This document shows, one piece after another, positions 52,682-58,613 of a stretch of DNA of 58,613 bases. How positions within the stretch are numbered: the stretch's first letter is position 1; the number at the start of each line of letters is the position of its first letter. The notes beneath the pieces are model-generated. The model was given only the letters and a program-made list of their open reading frames with translations, was not told the DNA's origin and ran no database searches. The DNA is from a virus: the IMG/VR virus record IMGVR_UViG_3300045988_115582. One strand, 5' to 3'. Position numbers and translations under genes: made by a program.

Positions 52682-53335
52682 ATGGTAAAAGATGTAGAGC
52701 AAAACATAGATGTATTTGAAAATGACGTAGATAAATATTTACAGCTTTTTCTTGATGAGCAGGGAATAGAAGATATGAGAAGTGAACCACAGAATGTGTG
52801 GAGTTCTGCATTGATGTACATTCAAAAGCATGTTTTTAAAAATAATAAAATGCTTAAAATGACTACACCACCTGACGGTTATAGAAGTAATGATTACAGC
52901 AACCAATACAGTAACTTGAATCAAAGTAACTGCAATGCATATGACTTAGCGAAAGTAAAGCATGTATGTGATATATATATATATGAGTGTATGCTATACG
53001 ATAAAATACCTACACAACAGGGCTTTGTATATATGACAGGTATCACAGCTGATACTATATGCAGATGGAAGAAAGATAGTAGTGTATTAAGTAAATCGGG
53101 TTCAGAGTTTTTGCAAAATCTTTATGATAGCGAGGAAGAGGCGTTAATGTCTAAAGCATTCTCGCTCAGGAATCCGACCGGAGCACTGGCAGCACTCAAT
53201 CATAAAAAGGGATGGCGAGAGGATGGCAAGCTGCACATACAGCAAGTCGAACAAAAGACAGCGGACCAACTCCCAAGACTTGATGCGAAACCACAAGATG
53301 TAGTGGCTATTGAGGACAGCAGTCACAAGATGTAG
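52682..53335 (+). CDS. terS: Terminase small subunit
   Basis: GFVYMTGITADTICRWKKD... and LRNPTGALAALNHKKGWRED resemble TerS HTH and C-terminal motifs. ATG after GGAGGTG. Confidence 0.6.
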   Translation: MVKDVEQNIDVFENDVDKYLQLFLDEQGIEDMRSEPQNVWSSALMYIQKHVFKNNKMLKMTTPPDGYRSNDYSNQYSNLNQSNCNAYDLAKVKHVCDIYIYECMLYDKIPTQQGFVYMTGITADTICRWKKDSSVLSKSGSEFLQNLYDSEEEALMSKAFSLRNPTGALAALNHKKGWREDGKLHIQQVEQKTADQLPRLDAKPQDVVAIEDSSHKM

Positions 53336-53542
53336 TGGAAAATAACTTTTTAGAAAACAAGGATTTATCCAAGAGTTAATGTGTCAAAGATGTGTCAAAA
53401 TTGATCATGGTGGAGCAGTGACGAGAGAACATAAAGGCAGCTACCGGGGGTCCCCCTCTGACAGAGCTGGAAAATTCGCCCCACTAAGTCCCTCAAACAA
53501 CCTCAAAAACAAAAACCGGCTTTTTAGGAAAAGGAGTAGTCT

Positions 53543-53728
53543 ATGAGAAAATACACTGTAAAAGAATTGTTTTCATTGAGACATAATGGAATTGCAGCAA
53601 AATTTATCCTTGGGAAATTCTTGCTGGTACAAAATCATATAGTTGATTGGCATTTCCCGAAAGATGGCAGTAGTCCTAAGAAAGCATATATCGTCCTCAA
53701 GGGCAAGCATTTAGCAAGATTGGTATGA
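53543..53728 (+). CDS. Hypothetical protein
   Basis: 61 aa. RBS AAGGAG. Confidence 0.5.
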   Translation: MRKYTVKELFSLRHNGIAAKFILGKFLLVQNHIVDWHFPKDGSSPKKAYIVLKGKHLARLV

Positions 53729-53735
53729 GGTGTAT

Positions 53736-53891
53736 ATGATAGCAGAGACTTTGAAAAGATTATTTTGTAAGCATGAATGGGAATTAAAACATTGTATTGC
53801 GATACATGAGAAAGATAGTAAATTTCCAGTCGGATATAAAGATGTTTATGTTTGTAAAAAGTGCTTGAAAAAGCATGCTATAAAATATTAA
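53736..53891 (+). CDS. Small zinc-ribbon-like protein (51 aa)
   Basis: CKHEW...C...CKKC. ATG after GAGGTG. Confidence 0.45.
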   Translation: MIAETLKRLFCKHEWELKHCIAIHEKDSKFPVGYKDVYVCKKCLKKHAIKY

Positions 53892-54047
53892 TAAGGCGGT
53901 GGATAGAATGACAATAAGAGCACCAACAATTTAAAATAAAACATTTTCTGAAACTTGTTTAATATCTGTATTTTAATTCATATCTTTTGTACTTTATAAA
54001 AATATTACGTGTCACATCCGCAAGGCAATAACAGTCTTGCTGGATAA

Positions 54048-54119
54048 TGGGGTATCGTCAAGAGGTTAAGGCATAGCACTTTGACTGCTACATCATGGGT
54101 TCAAATCCCATTACCCCAG
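54048..54119 (+). tRNA. tRNA-Gln (anticodon TTG)
   Basis: Full cloverleaf: acceptor TGGGGTA/TACCCCA, anticodon arm TAGCA-CTTTGAC-TGCTA, T arm ATGGG-TTCAAAT-CCCAT. Closely resembles the E. coli tRNA-Gln layout. Confidence 0.85.
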
Positions 54120-54160
54120 TTTGGCAAGATATGCCATCTTTGTTTTTCTTCTTGCAAAAT

Positions 54161-54259
54161 CGCGGAGAAAAGCTCCTTTCCCACACTAGCGGAATGCTGT
54201 TAAGAGCCATCGCACGGCTCGGTGTGGTTGTTCGGGTGTCTATCCCACGATGCCCGAAC
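54161..54259 (+). ncRNA. GC-rich structured element of unknown class
   Basis: Helices seen: GGAG/CTCC, CCACAC/GTGTGG enclosing AGC/GCT and GAGCC-ATCGCAC-GGCTC, then TTCGGG/CCCGAA. There is no credible ORF. Confidence 0.35.
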
Positions 54260-54371
54260 TTACATACTTTTTCTGTACTGGACTAATGTAGTTCCATTAC
54301 AACTTTCACACCAATAACACATAGGTGCTTGCATACCATCTTAAAAGCCTATACAGAGGTGTATGCAACTT

Positions 54372-54443
54372 TGGCATATAGTTCAATGGTAGAACACCTG
54401 ACTGTTAATCAGGATGTCGCAGGTTCGATACCTGCTATGCCAG
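54372..54443 (+). tRNA. tRNA-Asn (anticodon GTT)
   Basis: Acceptor TGGCATA/TATGCCA, D arm GTTC-AATGGTA-GAAC, anticodon arm CCTGA-CTGTTAA-TCAGG, T arm GCAGG-TTCGATA-CCTGC. Confidence 0.85.
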
Positions 54444-54636
54444 TTATGTCAACACTTGTGCAGAAACCAATGTCGGCAATGGAAGAACAGAAACTAGCTG
54501 TTGACATTATACTTTTACTCTCGACAAACATCAATAAGGATGGTTCGGGAACGGTATAACAAAGTCCGTATGAATTATACAAATACAGCAACAAAAATAG
54601 TTCAATCCGTAAGTGGATGCTGTGCACTTACGGTAT

Positions 54637-54717
54637 CGGATAGTAGTTCAGTTGGAAGAACAACCATTGCGATAACAGTAGTAGGTGGAGTCACAGGTTC
54701 AATTCCTGTCTATCCGA
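54637..54717 (+). other. tRNA-like element with a defective or non-canonical anticodon arm
   Basis: Good acceptor (CGGATAG/CTATCCG), D arm (GTTC-AGTTGGAA-GAAC) and T arm (ACAGG-TTCAATT-CCTGT). No 5-bp anticodon stem or 7-nt loop can be drawn. A 9-bp hairpin precedes it (54607-33). Confidence 0.4.
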
Positions 54718-54800
54718 TGGCAATATGCTGTTGTTTACTGACGGCATATTGAATAACCGAATAATATGCCCACGCAAAAATACTAGTTACGACGCGGGTG

Positions 54801-54912
54801 GTAGATAGTGACGGAATAGGTAAACGGAATTGTCGTAGAGAATTGGTTGAAACCGACAACATAGATGACCAGATTGTACACTCCTGTGTGGTGCAAATCC
54901 ACACCTATCTAC
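54801..54912 (+). other. Long tRNA-like element (8-bp acceptor-like stem plus 6-bp T-like arm)
   Basis: GTAGATAG...GTGTGG-TGCAAAT-CCACAC-CTATCTAC. The internal roughly 75 nt do not fold into a standard D or anticodon arm by eye. Confidence 0.3.
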
Positions 54913-54976
54913 TTATTCTCAGTGATTTTGAGAATAGCTGATAAACGGGCTTGTTAAAGCTCCTCCTGACAATAAG

Positions 54977-55024
54977 AAGAGTAGACAGATGGTGTTTTAT
55001 CCGGTTCGACCCCGGACTACTCTT
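54977..55024 (+). other. tRNA minihelix-like element (acceptor plus T arm only)
   Basis: AAGAGTAG-N15-TCCGG-TTCGACC-CCGGA-CTACTCTT. Confidence 0.3.
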
Positions 55025-55063
55025 TACTAAATAAGTTTTAAAATATCAGAAAAGGAGTAAACA

Positions 55064-55582
55064 ATGGATAATTTACAGCAACACAAACAGCTTTTACAAC
55101 AAATACATGATACATATGTCAAGAAAAATCATGATTACGGCGATAGTTTCAGCCGCTCATTTAAGAAATATGGATTAGTAGCGGCTATGGTTCGCATGGA
55201 AGATAAATGGAACAGACTTGATAATATGGCATCAGGAGCAGAACAGAAAGTTGCTGACGAAACTATAAGAGATACGCTGCTAGACCTTGCTGGATATTGC
55301 GTTATGACAACGATGGAACTGGACAGAGAGAAAGATAACGCAAATCAAAAGGCATTTGAAGAACAGGTTCGGGATGAATATGCCGAAGTTTTTGGAGAAG
55401 ATAACGAGAACGAAAATGAAGAAACAGATACTTCTAATAAAACATCAGCGGAAAAGAGTTCTATTGATGTAGGCAAAGTAATGGCTTTACATAATGCAAA
55501 ATGGTCGCAAGCAAAGATTGCTGATGAAATGGGATGCTCACAAAGCATGATATGTAAGATTATTAAAAAATATAAACAGTGA
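55064..55582 (+). CDS. DUF1599/Nmad1-like helical domain protein with a C-terminal HTH
   Basis: KKNHDYGDSFSRSF...MVRMEDKWNRL...DTLLDLAGYCVM. C-terminus WSQAKIADEMGCSQSMICKIIKKY. Confidence 0.5.
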   Translation: MDNLQQHKQLLQQIHDTYVKKNHDYGDSFSRSFKKYGLVAAMVRMEDKWNRLDNMASGAEQKVADETIRDTLLDLAGYCVMTTMELDREKDNANQKAFEEQVRDEYAEVFGEDNENENEETDTSNKTSAEKSSIDVGKVMALHNAKWSQAKIADEMGCSQSMICKIIKKYKQ

Positions 55583-55601
55583 GGTAAATTTGAGGTGTAA
55601 T

Positions 55602-55820
55602 ATGTGTGAATTTTGTAATAATAAGCCCAAAGCGATAATTTCATCTATAAAACAGAAGCCTGATGTAATTGAAATGGTTACCGCTGGAATAGAAGGTGGT
55701 AATACTTTAACAGTTCTAGGAATTTTACAAAGTTCATATTTTGTAGGTGTCATTCCTTTAGAAGCGGAAGCAAAAATATCTTATTGCCCTATGTGTGGCG
55801 AAAAATTGAGAGAGGACTAA
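55602..55820 (+). CDS. Zinc-ribbon protein, paralogue A
   Basis: MCEFCNNK...YCPMCGEKL. Confidence 0.6.
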   Translation: MCEFCNNKPKAIISSIKQKPDVIEMVTAGIEGGNTLTVLGILQSSYFVGVIPLEAEAKISYCPMCGEKLRED

Positions 55821-55822
55821 GT

Positions 55823-56047
55823 ATGTGTGAATTTTGCTCGTATAAAAACAATCCATTTATAATTTACGGAAAAGAAATCAAAATAAATAAATGTGCCAAA
55901 GAAACAGACTTGACGGAAGCACAGGTTATGAGAAACAGGGATGATGAAGTTCCGGGAATTGTGATTTATAAAGGATGTAGCGCAACCGGATATTTTGATA
56001 TCAATTATTGCCCTATTTGCGGTAGAAAGCTGGTGAAAGATGATTAA
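55823..56047 (+). CDS. Zinc-ribbon protein, paralogue B
   Basis: MCEFCSYK...YCPICGRKL. Confidence 0.6.
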   Translation: MCEFCSYKNNPFIIYGKEIKINKCAKETDLTEAQVMRNRDDEVPGIVIYKGCSATGYFDINYCPICGRKLVKDD

Positions 56048-56249
56048 AGAAGCATTGCTTGAGTGCTCAAGTAAGGGAATTATCACGCTATCATTTGATG
56101 GCGAAATGGTAAGGGGAATAGTAAGCATTGATAACATATCCAATATTTATCAAAAAGACACAGCAAAAGAAATTCAAATAACATTACTAGCAGAAGAAGT
56201 TAAGGTAAAACTTCCAGATGGAGAAATAAAGGATATATCAGAAATGTAG
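56040..56249 (+). CDS. Hypothetical protein
   Basis: 69 aa. Confidence 0.55.
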   Translation: MIKEALLECSSKGIITLSFDGEMVRGIVSIDNISNIYQKDTAKEIQITLLAEEVKVKLPDGEIKDISEM

Positions 56250-56264
56250 AAAGTTGGTGGAAGA

Positions 56265-56612
56265 ATGAATGAAACTATTTTGTATATTTCCAAAACAGAA
56301 CAGGACATACAAAGTTTTCTGAAATATCTTCAATCAAAACTAAAAGCAGAGCAAAAGGAATGTACCCTAGATAAAGAACACGATATTTTAAAAGTGCCAA
56401 AATATTACGATATTGTCGGAAAAAGTATTCACGGCAATATGCTTGGAGTAGGATATGGATATTGCAAATATTATTGTTTTTCAGAAGCGTATAACAAAGA
56501 CAAGTATAGCAATACAGAAAATGAAAAACTTAAAGAAATTCTTATGCACACAAGACAAAGTGCAGGGAGAATAACAGGACTTGATATTTTGTATATGCTA
56601 GGATTGGTTTGA
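56265..56612 (+). CDS. Hypothetical protein
   Basis: 115 aa. Confidence 0.6.
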   Translation: MNETILYISKTEQDIQSFLKYLQSKLKAEQKECTLDKEHDILKVPKYYDIVGKSIHGNMLGVGYGYCKYYCFSEAYNKDKYSNTENEKLKEILMHTRQSAGRITGLDILYMLGLV

Positions 56613-56626
56613 AAGTTGGTGAAGAA

Positions 56627-56824
56627 ATGAAACATCAAAAAGAATGGCACACTTGCGACAGGTGCGGTGAAGAAATAAACGAAAATGAAAGAAGCATGTT
56701 TCTAAAAAGGGTTTATAGAATAAGCGGACTCTTAGTTAGAAAATATGCTTTTGAAAGTGTGAATGCTTTTGATTTATGCCCTAAGTGTAGGAAAGATTTT
56801 GAGAGGTTTATGAGGAATGAGTAA
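56627..56824 (+). CDS. Zinc-ribbon protein
   Basis: CDRCGEE...CPKC. The start is moved to the ATG after GGTG. Confidence 0.55.
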   Translation: MKHQKEWHTCDRCGEEINENERSMFLKRVYRISGLLVRKYAFESVNAFDLCPKCRKDFERFMRNE

Positions 56825-57035
56825 AATATTTAAAATGCCTGAAAATGTGATAATTCCAAAAGCTAGAGTTGAAAAAACAGGAGAAGAAGTAATGTCAGTT
56901 GCGTTTGATTTAGGCTCGGAAACAGGAGAGCGACCATTAGCAATGGTATTTGAGAACTATAACGGAAAAACCTATATCAGAAAACTTCTCAAAGATGATG
57001 AAGCGTTAGAATTGCATAAGTTGTTGACAGAATAG
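56817..57035 (+). CDS. Hypothetical protein
   Basis: 72 aa. Confidence 0.55.
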   Translation: MSKIFKMPENVIIPKARVEKTGEEVMSVAFDLGSETGERPLAMVFENYNGKTYIRKLLKDDEALELHKLLTE

Positions 57036-57046
57036 GAGTTTTGAAA

Positions 57047-57226
57047 ATGAGTATGGCAGAAGTAATTAAATCAATAGAGTGCGGAGCGTTTAGAGAGATA
57101 GAACCGCATAAAATAGGCGGTAGAAACGGTGAAACTATAGATTGTTCTACTTTAGAAGATAAACCTGTTATTGTGGCAGATAATGAAGCAGACAGGCAAG
57201 CGTTGAGAGATTGCTTTAAGGGGTGA
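57047..57226 (+). CDS. Hypothetical protein
   Basis: ATG 8 nt after AGGAG. Confidence 0.5.
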   Translation: MSMAEVIKSIECGAFREIEPHKIGGRNGETIDCSTLEDKPVIVADNEADRQALRDCFKG

Positions 57227-57230
57227 GATT

Positions 57231-57425
57231 ATGAAAATATCAGAAATGAATAACTGCATTGAAAAAATGCGTGATTGTTACAAGTTTGATGATGATAAAA
57301 CGGAAATAAGACTTGGCAATATACCAAGTGGTGACCGTGACAGATATGTAACTGTCGGCACTTGGGACGAAAACGGAACACAGATTGAAATGACAAGGCG
57401 TGCGGATGAATTAAACAAGGAGTGA
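57231..57425 (+). CDS. Hypothetical protein
   Basis: 64 aa. RBS GGGGTGAG. Confidence 0.55.
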   Translation: MKISEMNNCIEKMRDCYKFDDDKTEIRLGNIPSGDRDRYVTVGTWDENGTQIEMTRRADELNKE

Positions 57426-57429
57426 GATT

Positions 57430-58029
57430 ATGTTAATAGTGGCATTGCAAGATGATGTAGACAATCTGTATGCTATATGGAATACAGTTACAGATAGATT
57501 TTTAGGAGTTAATCTTGGAAAATATGAAGCTGTCGGAATTATTATGGATTACAAAGGAAATTACACCTTTGAAGAGGCATTAAACAGAGTTGAACATCCG
57601 CAACAATTTATTGATATTGCAAAATGTATTGTCAATGGATACTCAAGTGAAAAAGATATTAAAAAAATATTACAAAGCAAAGACGATGAGATAAGAGAAT
57701 TAAAGCATATAATTGATGAAAAATTAGGTGGATGGACAAAAGACAAAAGATACGGCTTGACATTTAAGGATTTAATGCTTGTGCTTGAAAAGGCTGAAAA
57801 ATATGATAAATTATCATCCCAATCATCAAAAGCAAAAAGCGAAATATTATTAGATATGTGCTACAAATATAACGCACGAATTACATTGTTTTTAAATGGA
57901 CACGAGATACCTAATGTTCGCGATATAATATCAGCGGCAGAAGTTGGAGACAAAAAACAATTAGTTGTTGTATTTGAAGCTGATGAGTTGAAAATAAGGG
58001 ATATAGACGGAAAAATCAAAGAATATTAA
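57430..58029 (+). CDS. Hypothetical protein
   Basis: 199 aa. RBS AGGAG. Confidence 0.6.
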   Translation: MLIVALQDDVDNLYAIWNTVTDRFLGVNLGKYEAVGIIMDYKGNYTFEEALNRVEHPQQFIDIAKCIVNGYSSEKDIKKILQSKDDEIRELKHIIDEKLGGWTKDKRYGLTFKDLMLVLEKAEKYDKLSSQSSKAKSEILLDMCYKYNARITLFLNGHEIPNVRDIISAAEVGDKKQLVVVFEADELKIRDIDGKIKEY

Positions 58030-58066
58030 AAATAAAAACATTACCGGCTAACAAATAGAGTTAGTC

Positions 58067-58088
58067 GCTACCCTAGAACAATTATAGG
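58067..58088 (+). repeat. 22-nt direct repeat (partner of 435..456) just upstream of the methyltransferase start
   Basis: gctaccctagaacaattatagg. Confidence 0.8.
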
Positions 58089-58096
58089 TGAGTATT

Positions 58097-58613
58097 ATGA
58101 GTAAAATTGATTTATATAATGGCGATTGCCTTAAACTAATGAAAAATATATCTGAGAAATCTGTTGATTGCGTTATTTGTGATTTGCCATACGGAGTTAC
58201 AGAATACGAATGGGATAAAATTATAAATGGGAAAGAGTTATTTGCAGAATACAAAAGAGTATGTAAACAAAACGCAAACGTATTGCTTTTTTGTCAAATT
58301 AAATTTGCTAAATATTTAATGTGCTCAACTTACCCAACAGAATTTTCACATTGCTTAATATGGGTAAAAGGAAATAAAACACGACATTTAAGTGTTGATA
58401 AATTGCCAATGTCGCAATATGAAATGATATTATGCTTTCGCATTAATAAATACGATAATAAAGAAAGACACAAAGCATTAAGACAATATTTTACAGATGA
58501 ATTAAAAAAAAGTGGGTTATCAATTAAAGAAATTGAAGAAAAGATACCTAATAGAAGTGCCCATCATTGGTTTCGATTTTCGTCTGATTTTAGAATACCA
58601 ACAGAAAAAAAAC
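58097..58613 (+). CDS. DNA methyltransferase, N-terminal segment (catalytic DPPY-type motif), continuing across the circular junction
   Basis: MSKIDLYNGDCLKLM...VDCVICDLPYGV. The ORF is open to the window end. In circular coordinates it stops at window nt 90-92 unless the A8 tract is corrected. Confidence 0.8.
   Translation, partial: MSKIDLYNGDCLKLMKNISEKSVDCVICDLPYGVTEYEWDKIINGKELFAEYKRVCKQNANVLLFCQIKFAKYLMCSTYPTEFSHCLIWVKGNKTRHLSVDKLPMSQYEMILCFRINKYDNKERHKALRQYFTDELKKSGLSIKEIEEKIPNRSAHHWFRFSSDFRIPTEKK
58539..58613. repeat. Terminal 75-bp repeat, copy 2 (identical to 1..75)
   Basis: Identical by direct reading. Confidence 0.9.

Noticed and set aside
54095-54904. Track ORFs 54095-54286, 54329-54559, 54409-54627(-), 54501-54752 and 54710-54904(-)
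   Set aside because: They overlap tRNA genes and helix-rich non-coding sequence, they lack RBSs, and their translations look random.
54977-55024. tRNA 3'-fragment as the attP site
   Set aside because: The integrase is a large serine recombinase about 10 kb away, and this family does not typically use tRNA 3' ends. The element also has its own complementary 5' acceptor strand, so it looks like a minihelix rather than a bare fragment.

Overview
The window is a complete, circularly closed genome of a temperate siphovirus-like phage or prophage. Nt 1-75 are identical to nt 58539-58613, giving a 58,538-bp unit genome. It is AT-rich, uses GGAGG-type RBSs and looks clostridial or Firmicutes-like. 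Nearly all genes are on the + strand.

Layout in window coordinates:
- Late/structural module (504-26409): terL, portal, SPP1 gp7-like head morphogenesis protein, scaffold, D-like decoration protein, lambda E-like major capsid protein, connectors, major tail protein, G/GT chaperone pair, 1,791-aa tape measure, Dit-like protein, a tail protein with an S74 chaperone domain, and fibres.
- Insertions in that module: a holin (8590) and an amidase endolysin (11857) sit inside it, and a self-contained moron island lies between the tape measure and Dit (17944-20388).
- Lysogeny switch: cI-like repressor (26759-27112, minus strand) with divergent promoters and repeated operators.
- Early region (27271-43303): Bro-N antirepressor, PD-(D/E)XK exonuclease, RecT, RusA, PP-loop ATPase, YopX, DUF1653, radical SAM enzyme, replisome organizer, G40P-type loader, zinc-ribbon proteins and a sigma region-4-like regulator.
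- Large serine integrase (43385-44746).
- Accessory region (44.9-52 kb).
- terS (52682) preceded by phased repeats.
- tRNA and structured-RNA cluster (54.0-55.0 kb).
- More small genes, then a beta-class DNA methyltransferase that spans the circular junction and is frame-broken at an A8 tract.

The most unusual locus is on the minus strand at 49.7-51.1 kb. It holds a solitary Cas5-like gene with no other cas genes in the genome. Directly after it come a consensus promoter, a crRNA-like mini-array with only 20-21-nt spacers, and a terminator. Upstream of the Cas5-like gene are two small acidic ORFs, and next to the locus is an HTH regulator with four palindromic operators. I read this as a candidate composite anti-CRISPR or Cascade-hijack module aimed at subtype I-B.

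All calls come from reading the sequence and the translations. No database searches were run.
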